A stretch of 64,000 bases of DNA from Raja brachyura (Eukaryota), in the NCBI GenBank assembly GCA_963514005.1, contig OY740799.1:10416001-10480000 (forward strand), given 5' to 3'. Of this stretch, positions 40,144 through 53,282 are shown piece after piece (positions within the stretch are counted from its first letter, which is position 1; each line of letters begins with the position of its first letter). The notes beneath the pieces are model-generated. The model did no database searches. It had not been told where the DNA came from and saw nothing but the letters and a program-made list of their open reading frames with translations. The position numbers were made by a program, and so were the translations under genes.

Positions 40144-40840
40144 GGACTTACCAGTGGCAAAACAACTTTTCGTGTACTTAAGTCCAGCTTTGGAGTCCTG
40201 CAATCGGGTGTCTTGTGTGTCAACAGTTGGCCATAAAAGTAAAAGTAGGCCATGACTCATGTGGCTTTAGTGTTTGAGAGAGAAATGGTATTGGAAGGAC
40301 CTCTCATCTCTAATATTATCTTCAAAGAGATTTCAAGCTCTTGTATTTACTGTTTTATATGGGGTGGGTGGGTCAAAGGAAGGAAAATGGAAAATCAGAC
40401 CTATTTGTATGCGTTTCTCTGTATTTATGCACAAAGTGTTTGTGTCTTTGACTGAAGATGGCAAAGTTGTCTTGTTTATTAGCGATCTTGATTGGGGAAC
40501 TTTATAACTGTGGTTCCAGAGGTTTGGAATGACATGGGTGTGTGGAACTACGGGCGGATCTCAGCATTTTCCATCTTAATAAAAGTTGGCGCAGAAACCA
40601 GAACAACAATCCTTTTACATACTAATCTCTGGTTGGTGTGCAGATTTTTACTTTATTGCTCTTTCACTTGTTTTAAATATTCAATTAAAGCAGAAAGTTT
40701 TACATCCCTTGTCTCCGCTGTGTTCAACTCCACAGCATGGGAGTGGGTTAATCACCATTCTCCCTTCCTATCACTCCCCAGTGACCCCTGTTTGTGTGTA
40801 TAAACCTGTATATTTAATGTATGTTAGATACATATATACA
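40144..40840 (+). other. NRF1: NRF1 3' UTR (approximate; true end unknown)
   Basis: Unique U-rich sequence after the stop; AATAAA at 40578-40583 and ATTAAA near 40684; a CR1 tail begins at about 40845. Confidence 0.6.
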
Positions 40841-43800
40841 TAGATAGAGCAGTACAGCACAGGAACAATCCTTTCAGCCCGCAATGTCTGAGCCGAATGT
40901 GATACCAAGACCAACGATATCTGCCTGCACATAATCCATATTCCTCCTATCCAAAAGACTTTTAAATGACGGTATCATATCTGCCTCCACCACCACCCCC
41001 GGCAACCACCATTTGTGTAAAAACTTGAACCGCACTCTTCTTTAAACTTTGATCTTCTCACCTTAAAGTGGTGCCCTCTAGTATTTGATATTTCCATCCT
41101 GGGAAAATGGATGTCCTTTGAAAGCTGCAGGGGATCTAAGACGCAAGTAGTATGAGGTTGAGTTCATCTTTTGATCACACTCTGCTCTGGATTCCAACAC
41201 GAACGTCTTCAGGTTTTGGGTCCAGGAAGGCCACTTCTTTGGCCAGAGGGTTGAAAACACCAACCAGAACCTTTGGGGAAAAGAGAGGGGGCCAGAAAAC
41301 TGGTAGGAGTTTGAGAAATGTGAAGCCAGACAGGGTCAAAGCAAACTTGACCAAGGAATTGCAGATGCAGGAATCTTGAGCACAACACAAACTGTTTGGA
41401 GAGCTCTGTGGATCAGGCATCTATGGAGGGAATGGACGGGCTCCCTTTTCAGATACGGATTACTTTTATTGATTTTAATTTTCCATAAATTTCATTCATT
41501 TCCCGTCAGTTCCACAAGTAACAGATGTAAAGCCCAAGTTCCAGCAGGGTTAATATCTATAAAGAAATGTGTTGCAGTAAACATTGGACACAAAGGTACC
41601 AATTTGCAGGTTTTGAACACTGCCAAGGACTAAGGCTCTAGGTCAGGAGAGAGGGACAGATTCCCGTCCACTCTCTTCTGTCATGTTCACAAAATAAGCA
41701 GTCAAGAAGTAAGTTGAGAATATTTGCTGTGAATTGAATTAAAACCACCCAATGAATAACAGTAAGGGTACAATTACAACTTGCACTTGTATGGTGCCTT
41801 TTACATTAGTAAATAGACCAAGGAAGAGAAAGTAGGCAGCTGATCAATAATGGAGCCAGAATGCTCGCACTTGCAACATTTAGGAAAAACTGGCTGGTTT
41901 CCATGCAAATTAATATGCAGTACACAATTGTTCTATCCCTTAACCCATAAATTCATATATATTAATGTGATACATATTTTAGATTTTCATTGAAGCACAT
42001 TTGTCAAACCGCATGAATGGTAAGCTGGCGATTCAAAGCCCTGGTATTGTGGTCTGCAACTTGTTCCTGGTGTTTTTCCGGAGAGAAAAAATTTCCAGTT
42101 GTGGAATTTATTTTCTAAATGAATCGACAAACTCAAATAAGTAAAATTAGAAGTGAAGCTAAGAGTTAAATATGGACTTTATTTGGCATTCTCCAAAAGA
42201 CCCGGACAAATGAGAGACAATGTGTTGTATTAGTGACTGGGGCAAGTGATGGAATTGCTCTCACTCATCCTGATATATCAGAAGCAAAGATATCAATGAT
42301 CTTGTTGCATGGTGTAGATGCTGTTGTCCATACCTAGTGATGCATGCAAGGTATTGTGACACAGTCATTAATTCTCCTCTGTAGTTATGGGTAAGTGAAG
42401 AGAGCTTAATAAAGTCAAAATACTGTGGAGCTGGATGTTATTTAAGCTACTTTGGTATTTGTTGTCATTAACTTCTCTTGGTCTTGGAACCAGACCGGGA
42501 AACTGCACTGCCATGTTGTCACTGGGGTTACTTGATGCTTGCCCAGTGTTCTATCAGGAAAAATAAATTGCACTTAAGTTAAGGTGCCAATTTGCTTTTT
42601 GTGCACTACATTACTTTTTCACTCCTTATAGAAATGATCGACATGTGCCACAACCAAGCTTTTTCACCTTCGTGTTGAGAACCCTTCTCCGGTTCATTAT
42701 TTGGGAGGATAGAAAATCTGCAGTGAGATAGCTGGATTTTGGATGTACAACATGTGATGGTTTTCCACAATTTTCATCACACTTTATTAAAATATTATTC
42801 AGCATAACATTGTACTTACTTTCCCATTCCCCTCATGAAGAATCGATGAATCACCGTGGCACAAAGCTTTATCATTAGGTGTATTGAGACCATAACAGCA
42901 CTAGTTAAAATCCATACAAAAGCTTGTTGACTTTGGGTTCTGGTTAGTGAGTGGGATTATTAGGAGAAGGGGCTTAGGGCATAAGTTTGTATCCATATAA
43001 ATGTGTTCCAGTAATTGTGAAAAGCAACCCTATTCAACAAGCTGGAATAGATTGAAAATGACTCCTATAAATTTTGAAATTCCTATTTGTTCACTGATAT
43101 TTTATTCAATTAGTAAAGTGGACCAATGGATACTGCAGAAGGTGGCCACAATATTATAAGGTGACATATTGCAAAGATTGAATCTTCATGTAGATACAAA
43201 TACTGTATATATGATAAAGAAAACATTCTTTTAATTGCTGAAAGTGACTGCAGGTCGTAGAACTACTATGGTTTGTTTGCTACCATATTTATTCCCCTTG
43301 GATACTCTTGAAAATGTATTTGAATGAAGTAATTTGCATTTGATTTTGTTTGCCATGTTGCTTTTTTTTTGTTTGGGAAATGTGATTTGCCAACAAAACA
43401 ACGACAGCTTTTTTATGGACTTAGCAAGTTCATAGTGTGTAATAAAGATGTTAATAATCCTGGTAAGTTGGAGGTTGATGGCCTTTGCCTCGTTTATTAC
43501 AGTCACACAATGCTCTTTGCTGTAGCAGCATTGGCCAAGAAACATAGAAAGAATAAAGTAGATATCCTGTCTTTGTTGAGAGCTGTTGATCCATTAAGCC
43601 AGGACAAATAACTTAATTGAGGATCAGACAAGATGGCCAATGTTCAGCCGGGTAACAACCCCCACAAGTGTTATAATTGTGCCATCTTTGATGTGCCTGT
43701 CTCTCTTTCTTGTTTCCTCTATCATCTGTGTTTGTTCCCCCCATTTGTAAACCTTCCAAATACTTTTTCTCCTCTAAATGGTATCATCCCAATTTCATCA

Positions 43801-44719
43801 AGATTATGCTTGCAACTCTATCTCACCCCATGCTGCTGTCCTCTCCAACTCTTTATCTTCCATCATTGTTCAAACCCTAAATTTATCTGGATGTGAGATG
43901 TATAGATTTTAAACTTTGCTCAGCATTCATTGAATTATTTAATGGGACTAAACGTTGCTGTGTGCCCTCATTTATTTGGTAACTACTGAATCAGTATAAA
44001 TTTTTGCCTCATTAGTCTACAATTCCTCCCTCCCCATTCTTCCTATATAATACTATTATGATAGTTATTTCGTGTATTTATACTGGTCACACTTAACAAA
44101 AATCCCCATAGGTTATGATTTACTGATTTGGCACTTCTTGAGTGTCTAACTTAAAATATCAATAAGTACATATAAAGTAAAAAAAATGCAAGAGATTAAA
44201 ATGTTAGACAAGTGTTCTTTTCCATTTTGGATCAGTAAAGGAAGACTTCCATTTCTATAGTAATTGGATGACAGCCCATTTTAATGAAATTCTACCTTCT
44301 CTGGAAAAAAAACACAACAGCTTTGCTCTGCACATCATCCACGATGCATCAAAACTGATGGTCAAAGGTAATGTACACTGCTGTTGTGTCTTCTAGAGTG
44401 CTAACATCCTCATCTCTGCTCAATAGTATCTCTAAGATAAAATAGACTGCTGAATTTAAACCAACAAGAAGTGCAAAGAGTTTGTTCAGTGGTAAAACGG
44501 AAGATTCTCTATTAACCAAAGAGGTATGAAATCAATCAGTGACAGCGCTCCTATGAGATGGAGCATTGTCACTCCTCCTTGCGTCAAGACCAGAGCTAGA
44601 AACACTTGGTGTCGATCTTCAAGATATCAAACTACAAACAAAAAGTTTTAATTGAAAAGTTGGAGAAAGAAATTTCCACTACGGTCTCCTTGACTCTTTC
44701 ATACTTCTGAGAAATTACA

Positions 44720-45130
44720 GACTCCCAAGCATGGTGTTGAGCGCTGAACTATAGTCTGATCAACAGCCTGACAAATGTGTTTTTATTATCCAAGTCATCC
44801 AGTGGAGAGCCGGCAAGATCGCATCCCCTATTGATCTATTAAGGCGGTAAGCAAATTGTAGCGGGTTCAGGTTCTTGCTGAGGTAGGAGTTGATATGTGC
44901 CATACCCAACCTCTCAAAGCATGGGTGTTTGTGCTACGAGTTGATGGTCATCGAGGCATGTCCACCTTACTCTGCTTGGGCACTGAGTATTATTGATGCC
45001 CTTTTAAAGCAGGTGGGAACCTCAACCGCAGTAGTGAGAGGTTGATGATGTCCTCAGAAACTCGCCAGTTGTTCCATGCAGGTTTTGATAATGTGAGCGG
45101 GTACATCATCAGGTCCAGACGGTTTCTTAC
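44720..45130 (-). mobile_element. Rex1-like RT fragment
   Basis: KPSGPDDVPAHIIKTCMEQLA followed by degenerate NLSL...VPTCFK motifs. Confidence 0.6.
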
Positions 45131-48100
45131 AATCATATAAAAGGTACAGATGTGGGTTCCAGGGGCAGATTAGCTGAGGCCAGAGGGAAATGGGGAAAAA
45201 GTGGATGGTGCAGATGAGTGATGAGAAACCTATTTTGGAATCAAGTTGACAATGGTCTAGTTCAGCCTCAGCCTTGGTAATCACTGGACTATCGTGCCAA
45301 GATAATGGAATAAAGAAACAAGTGACAATTAGTAGGGGAAATGGCAAACTAGTATTATTAATGCAGTTTGTGCTCCGTGAATTACCCTGTTCATTGGAAA
45401 AACTCTGGCTAGAACATTTTTAATTTTCAGTGTACTTTCCAAAATTATGTTATTGGAATAACAAATTTGTGAAGAGGTCATATATTCATCAAAGAAAACC
45501 AACTGTAGCTTTTGTGAAGTGAACTTTACTTAATTCCGTTAAGATTAAAAAAATATGTGCACCCCTTTGCTAAAGTCCTACATACTTATATAAACTTGTT
45601 TCCTGTTTTGATGTTTAAACTTTGTTGAACAATAACATTTGAGAATCTTGAAGCATTCCTCAATTTGCGTACATTTTGTATGAAACCAGTCTTATCCTGT
45701 ATTGGTACAATTTTTAGTTTTTCAAAATTCAGCATGGAAACAGGCATTTTGGCCCACTGAGCTCCACCGCGATCATTGATCACCCGTTCACACTAGTTCT
45801 ATGTTATTCCACTTTTGCATCCACTCCCTGCACGCAAGGGACAATTTACAGCAGCCAATTAACCTATAAACCCACAAGTCATTCAGATGCAGGAGGAAAC
45901 CAGAGCACCTGGAGTAAACCCACACAATCACAGGAAGAACGAGCAATCTCCACGCAGTTAGTACCCGAGTCAGGATCGAACCCAGGTCTCTGACACTGAG
46001 ACAACAGCTCTACCGACTGTGCTGCCCACTGTACTGCCTGGTGAATCAATGTCTATGGTTTTTGAACCACATTCATGGCATAATTTGAGATCCATTTGTC
46101 TTTCCAAAACACTCTACTTGATCACAATTTATAGTGAAATATTTAGAAAGCAACTTTGCTTCTCAAAATATGTTGAACTCACTTATTTGCCCTTTTTGGC
46201 ATTAAAAGTAGACCCTTTGGGTATCAAACTTCAATTGCACAAGGGACCAGCCTGGAGATTGTGACTTTGAAATGTGAAAATATTACTTGCATTACTCCTG
46301 CTTCTTTACACCAAAGTGTCCACAAGTGCTTTACATCCTACAAAATATATTTTAATGTTTAGCCACGAGTAATGTAGGAAAGTTAGCACCCTATAGAAAA
46401 CAAGGAACTGCAGAGGCTGGTCTACAAAAAAAAGGCACAAAGTGCTGGAGTAACTCAGTGGTTCAGACGGCATTTCTGAAGAACTGATGGGTGACATTTC
46501 AGGTTGAGACCCTTCTTCAGACTTGGGCATATCAAGTTTGCAGAGCGAGAGAATGATGGTGGGGTTGATTGTTTTGAGTGAAGTAGTGCTGGTTGGTTAA
46601 TAAACATTGTCCCTGACACTGGGGGGGGGGGGGGGGAGAGAAAAACTCCTGCACTCTAATTTAGCAACAAATGTCCTTGTGTGTAGAATTGCCAGCTTTT
46701 ATTTCTCATTATCTTATCACATCGAAAGTTGCTCGACCAATTGAGTTTATTTACCCACATTTCCCGGTTACCTAATCTCACTTGTGCTCATCAATTCCAC
46801 CCTTGTCTTGAAGTCGTCTTTTAAAAAAAAATCTTGTAACTTATTTTGTTACATAAGGTAATGTGCTATTGAACTGTGGATGGGGTAGGGACAGGGTGTC
46901 ATGGGAATGTTGTTTGAATTACAGTACAGGAGCTTGGAGAATATGTTTTACTTAAGTAGACAAACTAATTAAGGCTCATGTCCACTTGGGTCAGTTATGA
47001 CTAATAGTGAGAAGAAAGGTTTATCCTATTGATCTAAATCTGACACATGAGTTCTGACGCACGACATTCAGTCCCACAAACCAGAGTCACACTTTAAACT
47101 CGGTTCTGCGGTCTTGGATGCAAAATGAAGCTGTGTACACCTCTGGTGCATCTGCATGAGTCAGGCTGTTGGCCTGTTTTGTGTAAACAACCCCACCATT
47201 TAACCAGCTGCCTCAATTTTATGTTATTTGTTTATATAAAACAACCAACGTCTAATTCAGCCTTTCATCCATGGAGTTAAGCTTCCTACACTTTTAAAGG
47301 GATGTCTTTTCATGCACCACGAGCCCCACCCTTCATCTAGAATACTAAACTGAAATTAGTGGATGTACTGAGTGACCCTGCGATGCTTCACCTAGAAGTA
47401 AATATAGAGAGATTAGGTGATCAAAACGAAGTGCCAGAGGAACTCAGCAGGTCAGGCAGCATCTGTGTAGGGGACAGATGATGTTTCAGGTTGGGACCCT
47501 ACAACTGATTGGAGTAGGGAGGGTAGAATGCTGGAAAAGTGGTGGGGGCAGGGTTGTGGCCTGGCAATAGATAGGTGGATTCAAGTAAGGAGGGATGATT
47601 GACAAATGGGTGCACTAAGTAACAAAGGTGAAAAGGAGACGAAAGGGTGTTGGGCAAGGTTTAGCTACTTATAAGAGAAGCTCTCTTGAGATACCAATGG
47701 TGCAAAGGATTGGTGGCAACGAGTAGCACCATTTTCTACCAATCAGATACTTGTATGACAAACTTCCCCAATTCAGAACAAAGTGCTGCTTTAAGCAGAC
47801 TTAGTTAACGGCAGTAAGAAACAAAATGCTGGAGTAGCTCAGCGGGACAGGCAGCATCTCTGGTTGGAAGGAAAGGGTGACGTATTGGGTCAAGACCCTT
47901 CTTCAGCCAGATTAATTTTTGTGGTGATTGGACATGTGGTTTTGAGGGGAAGGAGCGGTTGCTTAAAGGTGGGGAGACATTTGATAAGATCTGGAATACC
48001 TCTTTCCTCTCCCCAACCTGTGGAAGAGGGTGCCAGGAGTTCAGATTGTACTCGGCTTGCGTACAAACAGCCCCAGCAGGAGACCATCCCGTGCTCCGGT

Positions 48101-49231
48101 TAGCAAAGCAAATACGAAGGTCCAACCATTCTGTTTGCCCAGCAACTCAGCTTGTGGTTGGAAATAAAAATCCATCCATGATAACTGGAAGCATATCTCA
48201 AAATTCAAGAGGGTGCATTTCATGCAATTCGTTTTTTTTTCCTGTTTTTACTTCCCTCAGTAACAACTGCTGGCATTCACAATTTTTTTTCCACACCATG
48301 GAACCTTGTCAGCACTGTGCGGCACAGTGACACAGCTGGTAGAGCTGCTGCCTCACAGACCCGGGTTTGGCCGTGACTATCGATGCTATCTGACCTCATG
48401 GGTTTTCTTCGGACCCTCCGGTTTCCTCCCACAATCTTAAGACTTGCAATTTGTAGGTTAATTGGCTTCTGTAAAATGTCCCTCATGTTTTGGATAGAAC
48501 TAGTGTATGGGTGATCATTGGGCGGCATGGAGGCGATGTGGCAAAGGACTTGTCTCCACACTATCTCCAAACCAAACTAAAAAAAAATTGCATAGATTTC
48601 CTCCAGATGCTCCAGTTTCCTCCCACATCCCAGAGACGTGCAGTTTTGCAGGTTAGTTGACCTCGGTCACTTGCCCCTTGTGTTAAGGAAGTGGATGAAA
48701 ATGTGGGATAACATAGAATTGGTGTGCATGGGTGATCTGTGGTCAGTGTGGACTGAAGGGCCTGTTTCCATTCTGTTTCTCTGAAAAAGTGGCTAGAACC
48801 TGTAATTCATTGCCAAGGGAGCAATAATGGAGGCAAATTCAAAGTGTTTGACCAACTGAATATGCGTTTGAAAGCAAAAGGTTGGTAAGCCTCAAGGGAA
48901 GAGGGCCGGTGAGTGCTCTGGTCGTCCCCTTACATAGAGCAAGAAGATGGGTTGAATGGCCTCTACCTCGGCTTTAACATTTCTGTATGTGAATCTTTGA
49001 TTCACTTAGCACCTCAAATGTAATAAAATACGTTGAGGCATTTCACAGGCGTATTAGTCAGAGAAACCTTGATATTGAATCAATATTGGAGACATTGGGG
49101 AAAGTAACTGTAGGCATGATGAGAGCATGGAAACGGGCCCTTCAGCCCACTCAGTCCATGCTGACCATGGATCACCCAATCACACTAGTTCTATGTTATC
49201 CCACTTTCTCATCCACTTCATTAACACGAGG

Positions 49232-49660
49232 GGCTATTGAGGGAGTGCAGCGTAGGATGGCAGGACTGACCTGTGACGAAAGAATGGGTCGACTGGGCTT
49301 GTTTTCACTGTAATTTAGAAGGATGAGGGGATCTTATAGAAACAGAAAATTCTGAAAGGTTTGAACAGACTAGATGCAGGAAAAATGTTCCTGATTAAGA
49401 ATAAGGGCTAGGCCATTTAAGACTGAGATGAGGAAAAACTTCTTCACCCAGAGTTTTGAATCTGTGGAATTCTCGGCCACAGAAGGCAGTGGAGGCCAAT
49501 TCACTAGATGTTTTCAAGAGAGGGAGAGTTAGATTTAGCTCTTAGGGCTAAAGGAACCAAGGGATATGGGGAAAAGCATGAATGGGATACTGATCTTAGA
49601 TGATCAGCCATGAATGGTGGTGCTGGCTTGAAGGGCCGAATGGCCTACGTTTTTCTATGT
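49232..49660 (+). mobile_element. CR1 LINE 3' fragment with internal deletions
   Basis: High similarity to 6850-7340. Confidence 0.8.
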
Positions 49661-52600
49661 AGGTTTTAAGCAGAGAAATAGATTGTATATGGAGTCAATG
49701 ACAGAGTTTAGAGTCTAGGCAACTATGGGTGGCATGGTGGCACAGCGGTAGAGTTGCTGCCTTGCAGCACCACAGAGTCTGGTTCGATCCTGGCAATGGC
49801 TGCTGTCTGTACGGAGTTTGTACGCTCTCCCTGTGATCATATGGGTTTTCCGGTTTCCTCCCACATTATAAAGAGCTACAGGTTTGTAGGTGAATTGGCT
49901 TTGGTAAAATTGTTCACAGTGTGTAGGATAGTGTTAGTGTACAGGGATCGCTGGTAGGTACAGACTTGGTGGGGCCGAAGTGCCTCTTACCGCGCTGTAT
50001 CTCTCAAACCAAACAAAACTGAAGGAATGTAGACATCTCCAGGAATGCCCAATTGTTAACCTAACAATGAACCTAACAGTGGCCCCTGAATGTCCAGGGC
50101 ACCCCTGAACATTCAGGAGTCACTAATAGCAGGCTTCTGCATCTAATGCATTGGCTTAACATAATTCAAGCAAGAATAAAAAAGAATAAATAGCCGATTA
50201 GTTGAGCATGATAACAAGCTTATTTTTCGTTAGACTTTTGGAGTGTAGAAGCGGAAGATGAAGAGAATGAAACAGCTCGAAGCTCCTGCAGAAGATCCTA
50301 ACAAATTAACTACATGGATCCATAACTGGGCCTGTGCAGACAAGATGAAGATGGTAAATTCCTATTCGTAAAGCACTTTAATAAATAAGTTTGGGTTTAC
50401 ATCAATTCAACAACTCACAGTCACTTTCGTTTTAAAATGTTTATTGGTCCATAGTTTTTTTTCATTTTCACTCATGAAATATTAAATGCAGATTTTCATC
50501 TCTTTTTTGCCATCTGTGAGTGTCAAATTCTGTTCTTCTCAATATGTTTAAGGAACTGGATTAAATCTCCTTTAACCATTTTATTCTTTATCCGACACCA
50601 GACTGATTCCATGAGTTCTCTCCATGTGGCTCAGGTGAGACCCAGAACCACCTGTCCTGCTACAATATACAAGCTGTCAACTGCGCTGAGCCTTTGTCTC
50701 TGTACCGATGTTGAGCCCATAATCATAGTCCTGAATAAAGAAAGCAAGCACAAAGCTATAATTTACTTTTAAGTCCAGGGTTTTTTAATCCACATTCAGA
50801 ATGTCACTCTGATGATTTGTGATATCATTGTAGTAAAATAACAGCCTTGTTGCACATGCCCTTCCCTGATTGGAAGTTCTTTTTCTTCTGATCTTTTTCG
50901 TCTGTTTCTATTGTCAGTAATGATTCTTTTGATCCTGTTTATTTAACCCCATCCCCATCTCTATTTTATTATGGACGGCTGCACTAACAAACACAACAAA
51001 TTACATTAATATTGTATGAATATTACATTTCACAATTTCAGGTAACCCACACGCTCAGTGCACTCCTCTCACACACTCGCCTGTCCACCTGGTTTTCCTC
51101 TTCCTTTGTTCATCCTTGCATTCCCTCTTCCCTTGGTTCCATCTGCCCATTATTCCCACCCCATCTGTCTCCACTGATCATCCACCAGCTTCTGTCCCGT
51201 CCCCACTCCCCCACCTGCCCATCACCGCCTCCGCATCTGCTTGCACCTATCACCTAACAACCTTTATCCCAACCCGCTATGTGCCGCTATCTGCCGGCAA
51301 CCAGCCCTCTTCCCTTTCAGTCCTGATGCAGAAACTTAACCCAAATCGTCGACCTATAGCTTTTACCTCCACAGGAGCCGCTTGACTCGCTGAGTTCTTC
51401 CAGCCTTCCGTTTTTGTTCTATATCCGTAATCACTCCTCTAACTTTGTCAACTCTAGTCCCTTGCAAACAATCAAGGATGGTGCCATAAATGTCAGGAAT
51501 TGGCAATTTAGAAACATGCTCACAGAAGATCTGCGAAGATTAGAATCGGTTTCAAGAATGAATTGCAAGAACTTTGCTAGAATTAACTGTAAATGTGAGT
51601 GTAAAGATGTTTTTATATCTTGATGTGGAGATGCCGTTATGGAAGGATGTGAGTGTCTGTGGCTTGGAGTGAGGGTACGCCCATCGCTTCAAGTGTGAAG
51701 GGCTTCTATGTCTAGGAGTGTGGCAGACGTCTGAGTTTAGGAATATGAAGATATTTGCCAGGGTCTGTGTGACTGCCCATGCCTCGACGTATATGAGGCT
51801 GTAGGTGTGCATGTGTCACAGAGTATGATGGTGTGTGACATGTCTGGCACCCTGTTCATTAAAGGACTCCAGAATATTCCATATAAATCAGGCAGCCTCA
51901 TTGCATGGACCTTCAATGTCGGGGATGGGGTTGCCCGTATCGTGAAGTTTGGGATGTCTACACGTGGACATGAGGGGTGTATATTTCTAGGAGTGTGGGG
52001 AATCAGTACCTGGTTATTTGGGCATGTGTATGTGTAACTGTGGTGATGAGGTGGCCTGTGGCATTAAAAAAACACAGATGTCTACACCGGTGTGGAGAAG
52101 TCTATATCTGGCGCTATATTGGGACTGTGGGATGACCGTGATTAGGAGTGTAAAGACCCTATCTAGCAGCATCAGTGTCTGGGAGTATGCAAGTGTCTCT
52201 TTCTATGGCCATGTCTGACAGAATAGTCCACATAAATCAGACACCCTCTTCGTGTGGTCCATCACAGTTTCCCAGCCCTCGTACAATCAGTTCCTTCACT
52301 TTGCTTACTCCATGATGTTGCTCCTGAATTATGTTTGAAGATTTTGTTTTGCTGTCGCTTACCGTAAAGGTAACGGGTGAAAAGGAATGTAGCAGGACAG
52401 AAGATGAATGATAAAACCCTTGATTTTGTGTTCGCTTATCGCTTGGATAAAGGCAGCACTCAGATTAAACCAAGTCCATAAATTGATGCTTCTGCAGAAT
52501 ATCCAGGGTCGAGCGGCCGGTTTGTTCCTGTTCACGGTCTGGATGTAGAATTCGGATCACAATATAGAAAGGCCGTGTCAGAATAAACAAGGTCCTACAT

Positions 52601-53142
52601 ATTTCGGACCTAGACAGAGCAGCTTGCATTAGTGTTGGGGCGTCAATGCAGTAAACTGTGGGACTTAGTGTCACAGACCAGCCATAGGAAATAATGACTG
52701 CAGTACATTTAGTCTGTGCACTAGACAGCCTCATTTTCCATTCTCCCCAAACTTTGATCCATGGGTTGTTGAGGTGACTAACCCTTCAGCCTCCATTCCC
52801 TCCTCTATTGCTGGGGTATTGTGTACATCCACAACAAAACAAGCGTGTTTACTGAGCAATCCAGCAGGTTTGGGGCAGGTTTCAGAGGGATCTGATAGAT
52901 AACGGGTGGCATCGGTGTCATTGCCCAAACCAATCCTGTCCTAGCCTAACGTGGAACAGCACAGGAACAGGCCCACAATATCTGTGCCAAACATGATGCC
53001 AGGCTAAACTAATCTCATCTGCCTGCATTTGATCCATATCCCTCCATTCCCTGCATATCCATTTCCCTAAAAAACGTTTAAATGCCACTGTCGTCTCCGT
53101 TTCCACCACCGCAGCGCGTTCCAGGTACCCGCTACCCTCTGT

Positions 53143-53196
53143 GGGGTGGGAGATTGCAACCTTCACGTGGTCCACCCTGTTTCGACGAATGCAATC
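53143..53196 (+). ncRNA. Minimal HDV-like (CPEB3-type) self-cleaving ribozyme, best-preserved copy
   Basis: P1 GGGGUGG/CCACCCU (G1-U wobble); J1/2 GA; P2 GAUUGCA/UGCAAUC; P3 ACC/GGU; L3 UUCACGU; J1/4 GU; P4 reduced to UUCGA; J4/2 CGAA. Folded by eye; activity untested. Confidence 0.8.
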
Positions 53197-53282
53197 AACC
53201 CGGCGTGCACAAACAGAAGATGAAACAGAACAAGTTGTCTTACAACTTTAGGCTGTGCACGCCACACGCTAGAAGAAGAAGA
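53143..53282 (+). mobile_element. Short non-autonomous retroposon headed by an HDV-like ribozyme, copy 2
   Basis: TSD ctaccctctgt (53132-53142) / ctatcctctgt (53283-53293); ribozyme fold at 53143-53196; (GAA)n tail; inserted into a CR1 fragment. Confidence 0.88.

Noticed and set aside
42584-43392. miR-96 (GTGCCAA) and miR-182 (TTGCCAA) seed matches downstream of NRF1
   Set aside because: They lie beyond the proximal poly(A) signals and TE insertions; 7-mers are expected by chance; no evidence they are in the mRNA.
51870-52260. Diverged direct repeat of about 40 bp (cagaata.tcca.ataaatcag) roughly 350 bp apart
   Set aside because: Lies in degenerate GT-rich DNA; no TSD, LTR termini or internal structure to support an element.
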